A stretch of DNA of 48,088 nucleotides, taken from assembly GCF_004010195.1 (NCBI RefSeq), contig NC_057718.1, positions 9,198,700 through 9,246,787 of the forward strand, given 5' to 3'. The notes beneath the pieces are model-generated. The model saw nothing but the letters and a program-made list of their open reading frames with translations, ran no database searches and was not told where the DNA came from. A program made the position numbers and the translations under genes. Positions 34,818 to 47,530 of the stretch are shown here, piece by piece. The DNA is from Chiloscyllium plagiosum. Lineage: Eukaryota. Positions within the stretch are counted from its first letter, which is position 1. Every line of letters starts with the position of its first letter.

Positions 34818-36570
34818 AATGACCTTAGAGAGGTTTACAATATCATGACAGGCATGGAAAAGGTGAGTAGCCAAGCTCTTTTCCCCAGAGCTAGAGAATC
34901 CAAAACTAGAGGGCATAGGTTTAAGGTGAGAGGGGAAAGATATAAATAGGATAACATTTTCATGCAGAAGGTGATGTATGCTGAACAAAGAGACCTTGGA
35001 GTGCCGGTTCAGAACTCCTTGAAAATAGAGTCGCTGGTAGATAGGATAGTGAAGAAGGCGTTTGGCATGCTTGCCTTTATTGGTCAAAGTATTGAGTACA
35101 AGAGTTGGGAGGTCGTGTTGCAGCTGTACAGGACATTGGGTTAGGCCACTTATGGAATATTGCATGCAGTTCTGGTCTCCATCCTATTGAAGGGTGCTGT
35201 GTAACTTGAAAGGGTTCAGAAAAGATTTACAACGATGTTGCCAGAGTTGGAGGATTTGAGCTTTAGGGAGAGGCTGGAGAGGCTGGGGCTGTTTTCCCTG
35301 GAGTGTCAGAGGCTGAGGGGTAACCTTATACAGGTTTATAAAATCATGAGGGACATGGATAGGGTAAATAAACAAGGTTTTTTCACTGGAGTTCAGAACT
35401 AGAAGACATAGGTTTCGGGTGAGAGAGGAAAGATATAAAAGAGACCTTTGGGGTAACCTTTTCACACAGAGGGTGGTACGTGTATAGAGTCATAGAGTCA
35501 TAGAGATGACCATTCAGTCCAACCCGTCCATGCCGGCCAGATATCCCAACCCAATCTAGTCCCACCTGCCAGCACCCGACCCATATCCCTCCAAACCCTT
35601 CCTACTCATACCACCATCCAAATGCCTCTTAAATGTTGCAATTGTACCAGCCTCCACCACTTCCTCTGGAAGCTCATTCCATACACGTACCACCCTCTGA
35701 GTGAAAAAGTTGCCCCTTAGGTCTCTATTATATCTTTCCTCTCTCACCCTAAACCTATGCCCTCTAGTTCTGGACTCCCCGATCCCAGGGAAAAGTCTTT
35801 GTCTGTTTATCCTATCCATACCCCTCATGATTTTGTAAACCTCTATAAGGTCACCCCTCAGCCTCCGATTCTCCAGGGAAAACAGCCCCAGCCTGTTCAG
35901 CCTCTTCCCTATAGCTCAAATCCTCCAACCCTGGCAACATCCTTGTAAATCTTTTCTGAACACTTTCAAGTTTCACAACATCTTCTGATAGGAAGGAGAC
36001 CAGAATTGCGCACAATATTCCAACATTGGCCTAACCAATGCCCTCCCATCTCCTGTACTCAATACCCTGACTGATAAAGGAAAGCATACCAAATGTCTTC
36101 TTCACCATCCTATCTACCTGCGACTTCACTGACAAGGAGCTATGAACCTGCACTCCAAGGTCTCTTTGTTCTGCAACACTCCCCAGGACCTTACCATTAA
36201 GTGTATAAGTCCTGCTAAGATTTGCTTTCCCAAAATGCAGCAGCTCGCATTTATCTGAATTAAACTCCACATGCCACTTCTCAGTCCATTGGCCCATCTG
36301 GTCAAGATCCTGTTGTAATCTGAGGTAACCCTCTTTGCTAACTGTACCTCTTATGCTCCCATCCAAATCATTTATGTAAATGACAAATGAGCTGCCAGGG
36401 GAGGTGGTGGAGGCTGGTACAATTACATTTAAAAGGCATCTGGATGGGTACATGAATAAGAACATATGAACATAGGAAGGGTTTAGAGGGATATGGGTCA
36501 AATGCTAACAAACAGAACTAGATAAATTTCGGACATCTGGTCTGTTTCTGTATTGTGTGTCTCTATGGCC
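34818..36570. mobile_element. Cluster of nested CR1 3' fragments; minus copy 35484-36385 inserted in a plus copy
   Basis: The plus copy breaks at GTGGTACGTGT and resumes AATGAGCTGCC at ~36386; the minus copy has the (CTCTATGA)n tail. Confidence 0.88.
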
Positions 36571-37060
36571 ATCTACATGGCCAGGTAATTTGTTTTTGAT
36601 GCTGCTTGAGAGGTACCTGTTGCCCAAGTTAGTGTAGTCTACCTGATTAACAGCCAGACCTGCCTCTTCTGTACTGTATCATTCCATGAGTCTATCAGCA
36701 CACAGTGGATGTTCTGAAGGGTCTCTTCTTTACTCTCTGATTCTCTGCTTTATGAGCATGTCAGTGAAGAAGGTTCCAGTGAAGTCTGACTGAAGTATGC
36801 AGTGTCCATCGTGGAAATTGTCCTTAATGTTCAGCTGTTGGCACATGTATGCTCAGTCCTGCTGTGCCTGAATCTCCCAGAAGCTATCACTTCATGTTGG
36901 TCATGATGGTGAGTGGTCTGCGAGCTGTTTCCATGGGATCCCAGCTACTGGTGATCAGGACAGCGACATGGCTTTGAAACAGTAGAACACAGTGAAAAAA
37001 GCGCCCAGAGCAGTAACTGGGCCAATTCACCATCACCAAAGCCGAATGGCAGCTGGGTAA

Positions 37061-37235
37061 ATCCAAAGATGTATAGATTAGGTGAGTTGGCCATGCTAAA
37101 TTGCCCATAGTGTTAGATACATTAGTCAGGGGTAAACATACAGAAGGGGAATGTGTCTGGGTGAGTTACTTTTCGGAGGGTTGGGTCAAAGGGCCTGTTT
37201 CCATACTGTAGGTAATCTAATCTAATCTAATCTAA
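37061..37235 (+). mobile_element. HE1 SINE 3' half
   Basis: TTGGCCATGCTAAATTGCCC..GGGCCTGTTTCC followed by (TAATC)n. Confidence 0.85.
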
Positions 37236-38069
37236 AAGGTGTACAGAATGATGGAAACTGCCTTTTGACCTCCACCATCTGAATTCTCAACTACATTGTG
37301 CGCTGGACAAACTAGCATTGCGTGATGTTATCGCCAATATCAGGGAGAATGCCTCTGCTCTTCTCAAAACAATGTCATCTTTTACATCGACTGGAAACAG
37401 TCAATAGAGACTCCATTTAATCTCTCACCTGTCAGTACAAGTCAGCATCAGCGCAGACTGTGTGCTCAAGCTCCTGCTGGGATTGTAGCACAGAGTTTAC
37501 CGACTCAGAGTAGAATCTGCTCTCCGTTGTGGCAAGGCTGACTCTCTCGGTGGGATTAAATGCTCCCGTACTCCCGTACCCCTCTCCATTCCCAGCGTTT
37601 GGAGGTGGGAGGGTACTGTATCAGAGAGGAAGCTGCAAGGTGGGAACTCCACCCTATTCCCGCACCCACCTAATGCACGTCTGAGAGGATGGGAGGCTCA
37701 CGGATGTGATTCCCACCCCCCCCAGACCCTGACTGAGATCCTCAAATCTTCCAGTGAGCGCCCATGGGAGGGTCTCATCCCAGCAGCATCGGAGCTTTCA
37801 AAAGGGGACAGGAGGGCGGGTTTGGGGCAGGCATTGGGTGGGTGGGTGGTGGCTGCTTGATTGAGGGACCCAATCAGGAAGGTGGAGTTTGTAGGAGGGG
37901 AAGAGAGGCTGGAGACTGGACCCCAGCCCTTGTTCCAGCCCTCACCACTGTGGTGACCTCCAGCCCACCCACCTCCTGGCGCTCTGGTGGGTGCAATGCC
38001 AGCGTGTGCCACCATTCCTGGTGGTGGTGATGGCAAGCCAGAGCTGATTGGCTGACAGTCCCCAGCAGT

Positions 38070-38285
38070 CATGAAGTTGAGGTGCCGGTGTTGGATGGAC
38101 AAAGTTAAAAATCACACAACACCAGGTTATAGTCCAATAGGTTTATTTGGAAGCACACTAGCTTTCGGAGCACTCTCCTTCATCAGGTGGTATTGGAGTA
38201 TAAGATTGTAAGACACAAAATTTATAATTTATAGTAAAAGTTTACAGTGTGATGTAACTGAAGCGATATATTGAAAAAGATCTGG
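38070..38285 (-). mobile_element. PLE 3' end (family B) with intact hammerhead at 38156-38189
   Basis: Minus strand CAC-CTGATGA-A-GGAG(AGTG)CTCC-GAAAG-CTA^GTG; stem I CAC/GTG. Confidence 0.85.
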
Positions 38286-38794
38286 AGTTCCCAGGAGGTA
38301 TGACTTCCACCCCAGGCAGTCCTTACACCCAGGGGAGTCCTGATAGTGACCACTCAGGTTCCTGATAGGCACCTAACGGACTTTACCCAGTGGAGATAAC
38401 ACAAAGCTCCCTGTGATAATGAGTGAGATCCCTCCATGACCCTTACCTGTTCATCTTCCAGAGGTTGAAGGATACACTGTGAACTTTCCATTATTGTTGT
38501 CTTTCCCCATTCCCCACAAGGACAATCGGATAATGGCAGTTTTTTGACACAGAGGGTGGTAAGTGACTGGAATATGCTGCCAGAAGAAATGGTCTTAAAT
38601 TGCAACATTTAAGAATTATCTTAAGATACCTGAAAAGGCAAGGGATTGAGTCATTGAGTCCTAGAGTCTTGAACTGGACCCCCAACTCTCGGGAAAAGAC
38701 ACCTGTTCTTTCACCCCATCTATGTCCCTCATGATTTTGGAAACCTCGATAAGGTCACCCCTCAACCTCCTACGCTCCAGTGAAAAAAGTCCCA

Positions 38795-39512
38795 GCCTCA
38801 CACCATAACTTAAACCTGGATATAGGTTTGCTCAATGAGCTGGAGGTTTGTTTTACCTGTTGTCTGCATAGGGTCTTTCAAGTTCATTAGCTGCTGTTTT
38901 AGTGTGTTGGTGGGTTTGTGGGCTACCATGATGCCAAGGGATCTGAGTAGTCTGGCAGTCATTTCTGCGGTGCCTTTGATGTAGGGGAGAGTGGCTAGGG
39001 TTTCTGGATGTGTTTTGTCTGCTTGTCTGGGTTTGTTGCTGAGAAATTGGCGGACTGTGTTCATTGGATACCCATTCTTTTTGATTATTTTCCTCTGCTC
39101 TGTGTAGTTCCTCTGTGCTGCAGTGTGTGATGGCTCATTGAAATAATGTTCTAATGCAGCTTCGTTTGTGGGTGTTGGGATGATTGCTTCTGTAGTTCAA
39201 TATTTGGTCCATAGATGTTTTCCTGTAGAAATGACTGCCAGACTACTCAGAACTCTTAACAGCATGGCAGACCACAAACCCACCAACACACTAAAACAGC
39301 AGCTAATGAACTTGAAAGACCCTATGCAGACAACAGGTAAAACTAATGTCATTTACAAAATACCTTGCAAGAACTGTAACAAACATTAATTGGACAAACA
39401 GGCAGAAGACTAGCCACCAGGATACATGAATGTCAACTAGCCACAAAACGACATAACCCTCTCTCACTAGTATTGTTACATAAGGATGAGGAAGGACACC
39501 ACTTTCAAAAGG
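38795..39512. mobile_element. Penelope (Poseidon-like) coding fragment with internal inversion
   Basis: Minus: TLPYIKG..RLLRSLGI.VAHKPTNTL. Plus: KPTNTL..NVIYKIPCKNC followed by a decayed (Y)IGQTGRRL..RIHE (GIY-YIG). Confidence 0.85.
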
Positions 39513-39654
39513 CAACACGTGTCAGCACAGTCTTGGTGGGCCAAATGGCCTTTTCCTGTGCAAATGGTCTTTGTTCTTTGGTGCAGGATTGGGAAAGAGA
39601 CATTCCAGCATCACTACGTTTTCCTTGAATTGACCTGACTGACTGATAATAGCT

Positions 39655-39752
39655 TGTGGAAAGTGAGGACTGATGAAGAGCTTATGTTTGAAACATCAAC
39701 TCTCCTGCCTGACTGGCTGTGCTTTTCCAGCACCACACTTTTTGACTCTGAT
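39655..39752 (+). mobile_element. Short family A PLE-terminus insertion with degenerate hammerhead
   Basis: GAAAGTGAGGACTG joined to CTGATGAAGAGCTTATGTTTGAAACATC..GCTTTTCCAGCACCACAC. Confidence 0.65.
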
Positions 39753-40879
39753 ACTAGTTTGTGTCTATCCATTAAGAATGCATCAGCGAGAAAGCTTGCC
39801 TTGTTATTTAGGCGATCACTTGAACCTAAGAGATGAAATACAACCTTAAAACAACCTGCAAACATACTAACTTTGAGTGGGAGTAGGCCACTCAGACCCT
39901 GCTGCACCATTCAGTCAGACCTATTTGGGGTCTCCATTCCACTTTCGGCCTGTACCCAGATACCGAGTGACTCCCTTATTTGTCAAGATTTGATCTGCCT
40001 CTGCCTTAAAGCTATTCCCAAGGTTGCTGGTTTCTCTGTTTGCAGCTTTGACCTTCAGAACAGAAGGCTGCTAGCTCATGCCTGGAGAGTGGATTCACTG
40101 TGCGGTTTCCTGTGGCCAGTGTCATAGCAGGAAGATGAGGTGGGTCGGATATTGGGAAACGTGACTCATGGCCCCCCTCTGGTCTCCCCAGCCCACAGCT
40201 CTCATGAAGACAAATCTTGTGAGTCTCTTCTGCCGAACAGGCTTTTCCTCAATTTGCCTGTACCTGGGGAGCCCAAAGAGAAAAATCCTGCCTTGGCGTA
40301 GCGCCTCGCCACACCTGCAAGCTCTCTTCACCCGACGAAGGGTCCTTCTTCGAACTTGGGGTCAGGCTGTTGGGATGCAGGAAACTCAGTAGCCAGCATG
40401 TGCACAGCAAATCCCACAGAGAGCGAGAGATTAGAACACTCTTGTGGGCTCAGCAATGCATGTGGGCCCGGGTGTCTCCGCAGGGCCTTGGACTGGGGTT
40501 GGTGGCACTTCTTTGATATCTGCCAGAGAGGCCTACACAACATCTCTGCTGGTGGTCTCCTCTGAAAGGTGACCCTCTGACAGTGCAGCACCTCCACAGT
40601 CCGCCACAGGTATCTCAGTCCACCTCCCACCGCAGCTGCTGGGTGAGGTGTTTGGGGGCAGCTGATGTGTTAAGTTACTTGCAGAAGTGTGTCGGCTCAG
40701 TTAGGAATGCGGTACACTGCGTGTTTGGCCAAAGGAAGTCCTAAACAAAGTCAAAGGCAGGATTTGGGGATGTAAAACGAAGGAAGACGGAGCGCAATAT
40801 TGGCAAAGGCAAATCTGAATATTTTCTTAATGTGGGATCGAAGTGATTCCCATGTTGTTACATAAATATCACTAAAACT

Positions 40880-41385
40880 AAAGGAAAGTACTGCCCTGGT
40901 TTGCTTTTCCAAAATGCAACACCTCACATTTATCGAAATTAAACTCCACCTGCCGCTCCTCAGCCAAATCAGTCCATCTCATCAAGGTTCTGTTGTACTC
41001 TGAGGTTGTGCACTGAAGGTTGACCTTACAGAGGTTTATAACATCATAAGGGGTATGGATAAGGCAAATAGCCAAGGTCTTTTTTTATTCTGGGGTAGGC
41101 AAGTTCAAAATTAGAGGGCATTTTCTTTAAGTGAGAGAGGAAAGATTTAAAAGGGACCTCAGGGGCAACTTTTTCCCACAGAGGGTAGTGTATGTATGTA
41201 TCCAAGCTGCCAGAGGCTGGTACAATTACAACATTTAAAAGGCAAGTGGATAGATATAAGAGTGAGAAGGGTTGAGAGGGATATGGGCCAAATGCTGGCA
41301 CACTAGATTAATTTAGGTTATCTGGTGGGCATGGACAAGTTGGACTGAAGGGTCTGTTTCCATGTTGTACATCTCTATGATTCTA
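40880..41385. mobile_element. CR1 3' fragment with inverted 5' part
   Basis: 40880-41010 is minus-strand RT (FNFDKCEVLHFG); 41015-41385 is the plus-strand 3' end and tail. Confidence 0.8.
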
Positions 41386-42182
41386 AGACTCATACTGGAC
41401 CCAAAACGTTCACTCTGTTTCTCTCCATGGATGCTTCCAGATCTGCTGAGTTTCTCCAGCGCTTTCGATGTTTGTTTTAAACAGAGAGTTTGGAACTCTC
41501 AGTGTGAGGAAATCTTGGATTCAAGAACCACTTCAGGACATTAAACCGCACAGCTCCAGCCTGACACTGCCAGTGCTGTGCTGAGAGAATACTGCACTGT
41601 CAGTCCCGACATCTTTCAGGTGAACTATTGCAGTGAAGTACAGTCGATTGTTCCAGGCTGATGGTGAGGTAACTCAGGACTACAGCACACGTGGAAAAGT
41701 GCACACATTGTCACGGCAACTTGGACTCCTTGGGGGCTCGGGTGACTGACAGCCAGAGTAGATCAGGTCAGTGCAAGCCACATGGGGCTCAGACCCCGAT
41801 GAATGAGCTGCTCATTGATTTCGGGAAACGGAGTTGGGGGGGCACACCCCTCTCTGTATCAATGGAGCTGAGGTGGAGATGGTCGAGAGATTCAAGTTCC
41901 TGGGAGTGACAATCACCAACAATCTGCCCTGGTCCACCCATGTCAAAGTACATCAGTGACTCTACTTCCTCAGTATGCTAAGGAAAATTGGCATGTGCAC
42001 AAAGGGCTCTTACCAATTTTTATACATGCACCAGAGAAAACATTCTGCCTGGTTACATCACAGCTTGATATGGCAACTGCTCTGTCCAGGACTGTAAGAA
42101 ATGGCAGAGTTGTGAACACAGCCCAGTCTAAAGTTAAAAATCACACAACACCAGGTTAGAGTCCAACAGGTGTATTTGGAAT

Positions 42183-42217
42183 CACTAGCTTTCGGACCGC
42201 TGCTCCTTCATCAGGTG
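42183..42217 (-). ncRNA. Minimal hammerhead ribozyme motif (family B)
   Basis: CAC-CTGATGA-A-GGAGCAGCGGTCC-GAAAG-CTA^GTG; one stem II mismatch. Confidence 0.78.
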
Positions 42218-42983
42218 GTTGTGGAGTATAAGATCATAAAACACAGAATTTATTGCAAAAGTTTACAATGTGACGTAACTGAAATTATATATTGAAAAAG
42301 ACCTGGATTGTTTGTTAAGTCTCTCATCTTTTAGAATGGGCATGCTAGTTTCAGTTCTTTCATATGTCAATTCCAGAACTTTCTTAAAGTTACATTCTCA
42401 AGTGAACTTTAACAATAGGTGTCATGTCGGCCCAGATAGTGCATTGAAGATATGAGGTGCCCTGTGTGAGGCTGTCTGTGCCCCAATGTTCAGACTGATT
42501 CTATTTTAAAAAATGGATTTACAGAATCTTACATGGAGTTAACAGTTTTTGAGCAAAATAAAATGTAATTCTGCAAGTACAAATTCACCCCACAAACCTA
42601 TATGTGTGTGTGTATTTGGGTGTGTGTGCATGGTGGGGGCAGGGGTATGAGTATCTGTGAGAGAGTGTATATGTGTGTAGGTGTGAGTGTAAAGAGGTAT
42701 AAGTCTCTGAAACGGTGCGTGTGTGAGTGTGGGAGTGTATGTGTGAGCGTATGAGAGAGAATTTGTGGATGAGAGAGGGCCTGTATGAGTGTATGGGTCT
42801 GTAGAAGTATGTGTGTGTATCTGTATAAGTGACTGTCTGTGAGTATGTATCTATTTCGGTGTGTGTGTGGGAGTGTATGTGTCTCTGTGTGTATAGTGCA
42901 ATGGGGTCACCTGTAGTGTTCCAGTTGAGACCATCCCCGTGGGTACTGAACTTGGCTATCAGCCTCTGCTCGGCCACCTTGCG

Positions 42984-43289
42984 TTATTGCTTGTCCCGAA
43001 GTCCATCTTGGAGGAGGGTCACCTGAAGGTCCAAGGTCGGATGTCCCAGACCGCTGAAGAGTTCTCCAACTGGGAGGGAACACTCCTGTCTCTTGATTGT
43101 TGTGCGGTGCCCATTCATCCGTTGTCGTAGCCTTTGCTCGGTCTCACCAATGTACCATGCCTCAGGGCATCCTTGCCTGCAGCTTATGAGATAAACAACG
43201 TTGGCCAAGTCACATAAGTACTCGCCAACTACATGGTGGGAGGTGTCCCCACATGTAATGGTAGTATCTATGTCCACATCTTGCAGCAT
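42984..43289 (-). pseudogene. GIY-YIG endonuclease domain of the PLE
   Basis: VVY...YIGET...R..GH signature; the C-terminus (EQRLIAKF..H.DGLN) continues in another frame. Confidence 0.85.
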
Positions 43290-44239
43290 CTACCTTGTTA
43301 AAGTTGTATGGAGTTATCCTGAAAGTTGGGCAGTTTGCTGCGAACAATGATCTGTTTGAGGTTTGATGGTTGTTTCAAGGTGAGAAGTAGAGGTGTGGGG
43401 AAGATCTTGGTGAGGTGTTCATCCTCATTGATGTTGTGTTGCAGGCTGCGAACCACACGGCATAGTTTTTTGGCCCCTGGGAAGTACTGGACAACAAAGA
43501 ATACCCTATCGGTTGCACCTCGTGTCTGTCTCCTGAGGAGGTCATTAATATTTCTCACTGTGGCACGTTGGACCTGGCGGTCAACCAGCCTTTGACCCAT
43601 TGACTCTACTTCCTGCTGACTCGGGAAAGCAGCCAACATCATCAAAGACCCCTCCCACCCCGGTTTACTCTCGTCCACCCTCTTCCATTGGGCAGAAAAT
43701 ATAAAAAGTTTGATGACACATACAAACAGATTCAAGAGCAACTTCTTCTCCACTGTTATCAGATTTTGAATGGAACTCTCAAACATTAATTCCAATCTCT
43801 CTCTCTCTCTGCACCTTTTCTGAGGCTGTAACACTGTATTCTGCACTCTGTTCTGCTACCCTGATGCGCTTTGGATGGCACGATCTGCCTGTCGAGGCAA
43901 AACCACAGCTTTCACTATGTCCCAGGTCATGTGACAAAAAACAATCAATCATTTGTGAGAAGGGTTTGGGAAACATCCTCTCACAATGCAGTGGAGACGA
44001 GGTTGGATTTGAATTCACGTAACAAGCTAAAGAAGACGTTTTGAGGATTGGTACCTTCTGGCTTGTCCTATTTTGGATTTGGGAAACTGTGATTTTAAAC
44101 GTAAGGTAGGAGCTGAAGGAAAATCTAATCGGAATAGATTCTAGGCAGGTCCGGCTGGAGCTCCCAAACAAAGGAAGGGTTGCTGGGGTGATGTCTCCAG
44201 TTGGCTGCAAAGGTGGGGTTTAATATTTAGTACAAGCAG

Positions 44240-46940
44240 ATTTTGGAAAAGTGCAGAAGTAACAGGGTTGCTGTTATAGGTGACTTTAATTTCCCTAATA
44301 TTGATTGGAACCTCCTTAATGCAAATAGATGAAGCAGATTTTGTCAGGTGTGTCCAAGAAGATATAGTAGACTCTATATAGATAGGCCAACTAGAGTGGA
44401 GGCCATATTGGATTTGATACTTGGCAACGAACCAGGTCAGGTGTCAGATCTCTTGGTGGGAGAGCATTTCAGTGATCGTGATCACAACTCTCTGACCTTT
44501 ACTATAGTCATGGAGAGAGATAGGAGCAGATGGTATGGTGAAATATTTAATTGTGGGAGGGGGAATTACAATGCTATTAGGCAGGAACTGTGGAGCATAA
44601 ATTGGGAACAGATGTGCTCAGGGAATTGCCTGACAAAAATGTGGAGGTTGTTTAGGGAACACTTGCTGATTGTGCTGGATAGATTTGTCCCACTGAGGCA
44701 AGGAAGGATGCTAGGGTGAAGGAATCTTGGATGACAAGAGATATGATATATCTAGTTAAGAGGAAGAAGGAAGCTTACTTAAGGTTGAGGAAACAAGGAT
44801 CAGACAAGGCTCTAGAGGGTTACAAGGTGGTCAGGAAGGAACTGAAGAATGGACTTAGGAGAACTAGAAGGGGGCATGAAAAAGTCTTGGCGAGTAGGAT
44901 TAAGGAAAACTCCAAAGCATTCTGCAGATATGTGAGGAACAATAAGATGGCCAGATTGAGAGTAGGACCAATCAGGGATAGTGGAGGGAACTTGTGTCTG
45001 GAGTCACAGGAAGTAGGAGAGGTCCTTAATGAATAATGGGGTGGCACAGTGGCTCAGTGGTTAACACTGCTGCCTCATAGCACCAGGGTCCCAGGTTCAA
45101 TTCCAGCTTCAGGCGACTGTCTGTGTGGGTTTCCCCGTGTCTGCGTGGGTTTCCTCCGGGTGCTCTGGTTTCCTCCCAAAGTCCAAAGATGTGCAGGGCC
45201 AGGTGAATTGGCCATGCTAAATTGCCCATAGTGCTAGGTGTATTAGTCAGAGGGAAATGGATCTGGGTAGGTTACTTTTCGGAGGGCCGGTATGGATTTG
45301 TTGGGCCAAAGGGCCTGTTTCGCACTGTAGAGAATCTATTCTAATACTTTGCTTCAGAATTCACGAGAGGGATCTTGTTGTTTGTGAGGACAGCGTGAAA
45401 CAGGCTGGAACGCTCAAACAGGTTGATGTTATGAAGGAGGATGTGCTGAAAACTTTGAAAAACATGAGGATAAATAAGTCCTGTGGGCCAGGCAGGATAT
45501 ATCCTAGGTTACTACAGGAAGTGAGGGAAGAGATTGCTGCGTCTTTGGTGATGATCTTTGTATCCTCACTGTCCACTGGAATTGGAGGGTGGCAAATGTT
45601 ATTCCCTTGTTCAAAAAGGGACTAGGGATAATCCTGGGAATTACAGACCAGTCAGTCTAACATTGGTTGTGGGCAAATTATTGCAGAGGATTCTGAGAGA
45701 CAGGACTTATGATTATTTGGTAAACCATAGTTTGATTAGAGATAGTCAGCATGGCTTTGTGAGGGGCAGGTCATGTCTCACAAGCCTTACTGAATTCTTT
45801 GAGGCTGTGACAAAACACATTGATGAAGGTAGAGCAGTGGATATCGTGTATATGATATTAGCAAGGCATTCAATAAGTTTCTCCATCGTAGGCCCGTTCA
45901 GAAAGAAGGGAGACATGGGATGCAGGAAACTTGGTTGTCTGGGTACAGAATTGGCTGGCCCATATAAGATGGAGGATGGTAGTAGATGGAAGGTATTCAG
46001 CCTGGAACTTGGTGACCAGTGGTGTTCCACAGGGATCTGTTCTGGGACCTCTTGCTCTTTGTTATTTTTAAAAATGCCTTGGATGAGGAAGTGGAAGGGT
46101 GGGTTAGTAAGTTTGTCAATGACACAAAGGTCGATGGAGTTGGGGATAGTGTGTAGGTTGCAACGTCACATTGACAGACGCAGAGTTCGGCTGAGAAGTG
46201 ACAGATGGAGTTCAACCTAGAAAAGTGTAAAATGACTCATTTTGGAAGGTCAAATTTGAGTGCAGATTACAGGGTTAAAGGCAGGATTCTTGGCAGTGTA
46301 GAGGAACAGAGGGATCTTGGGGACCTCGTCCATTGGTCCCTAAAAGTTGCCACCCAAGTTGATGGAGCTGTTAAGAAGGCGTATGGTGTGTTGGCTATCA
46401 TTAGCAGGGGTATTGAGTTTAAGATTATTCTGCAGCTCTATAAGGCCCTGTTTAGACCACACTTGGAACATTGTGATCAGGTCTGGTTGCATCATTATAG
46501 GAAAGATGTGGAAGGGCATGACTTATGAAGAAAGATTGAAGGAGCTAGGGCTTTTCTTATTGGAGCGAAGAAGGATGAGAGGTGACTAGATAGAGGTGTT
46601 CAAGATGATGAGAGGCATAGATAGAGTGGATAGTCAGAGACTTTTTCCCAGGGCAGAAAAGTCTACCATGAGGGTGTGTCATTTTAAGGTGATTAGAGGA
46701 AAGTTTAGGAAGATGTCAGAGGTAGGTTCTTTATACAGAAAGTGGTGGGTGTGTGGAATGGTGAAGTGGAGTCAGATACATTAGAGACATTTAAGTGACT
46801 CTTGGATAGGCACATGGATGATAGTATAATGAAGGGTAAGTAGATTAATTTGATCTTAGAGTAGGATAAAAGGTCAGCACAACATTGAGGGCCGAAGGGC
46901 CTGGAGTGTCCTGTTCTGTGTTCTATGTTCTATGTTCTAT
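44240..46940 (+). mobile_element. CR1 LINE (same subfamily as the 10990 element), 5'-truncated APE-RT
   Basis: GDFNFP, DLILGNEP, NYRPVSL, QHGF motifs; (TTCTATG)n tail at ~46915-46940. Confidence 0.92.
45038..45343 (+). mobile_element. HE1-type SINE nested in CR1
   Basis: A/B boxes, V-domain, tail; short AATA repeat at the flanks. Confidence 0.9.
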
Positions 46941-47346
46941 TTAAACACTCCAAAAGGTGATAACTCTGGAGTAAAAGGTCAGAAGACACAGTAATCACAT
47001 TATTCACGGCTCCAATCATATCCATCAGGAAATATCATCTCCGGGGTGAAATATTTCAGATGTAAAAACTAATCTCCACTTATTTTGCGCACCACATGCC
47101 TGGCACTTACCTTCAATATCCTTGAGCGAGAGCAGGAATATCTATGTCTGATGCCAGAGGATGTAATTTGCATTCTGTCAGTATCTAACACTTGTGATTG
47201 CCTTCATCCATGACATTGTTGGAGAGAGTCTGAATGTCAAACTCACTGGGAGCAGAGGACAAGGCATTTTTTTTGTGACCTCAGGACATTCCAGAGGGTT
47301 AGCCAATACTCTCGCTCTGCAGTGTAAGACACTGTGGAGGTACTAG

Positions 47347-47530
47347 TGTCGGACAAAGTCAGAGGTCACACGACACCCGGGTTGGAGTCCAACAGGTTTA
47401 TTTAAAATCACAAGCTTTCGGAGTGCCGGGCCCTCGTTAGGTGCACTGAAAAGCTCGTGATTTCAAATAAACCTGATGGACTTTTAACCTGGTGTCGTGT
47501 GACTTCTGACACTGTCCGGTGTAGGAAACA
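47347..47530. mobile_element. Family B PLE-terminus hairpin insertion, diverged
   Basis: Inverted arms GGACAAAGTCAGAGGTCACACGACACC..AAGCTTT / AAAGCTC..GGTGTCGTGTGACTTCTGACACTGTCC; degenerate hammerhead between them. Confidence 0.75.

Larger units (their letters stand above)
42131..43588 (-). mobile_element. Penelope-like element (Neptune-like): RT C-terminus/linker, GIY-YIG, CA-rich UTR, hammerhead
   Basis: NVVYLISC..YIGET..LRQRMNGH..LPVGE motif; upstream PSNLKQIIVRSKL; terminus shared with the family B short inserts. Confidence 0.9.
41790..43950 (+). mobile_element. Rex1/Babar-like LINE 3' part, split by a PLE
   Basis: ELLIDF, FKFLGVTITNNL.WS.H, AWYGNCS..RVVNTAQ (to 42130); resumes ~43589 with KAANIIKDPSHP..TNRFKSNFF. 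Confidence 0.75.

Noticed and set aside
309..45343. HE1 heads as tRNA genes
   Set aside because: They are tRNA-derived SINE promoters fused to a V-domain and LINE tail, without an intact cloverleaf.
47105..47195. Strong minus-strand donor (AAG|GTAAGT) with a nearby ATGCAAAT octamer, suggesting an Ig leader exon
   Set aside because: No hydrophobic leader peptide, V segment or recombination signal sequences found.
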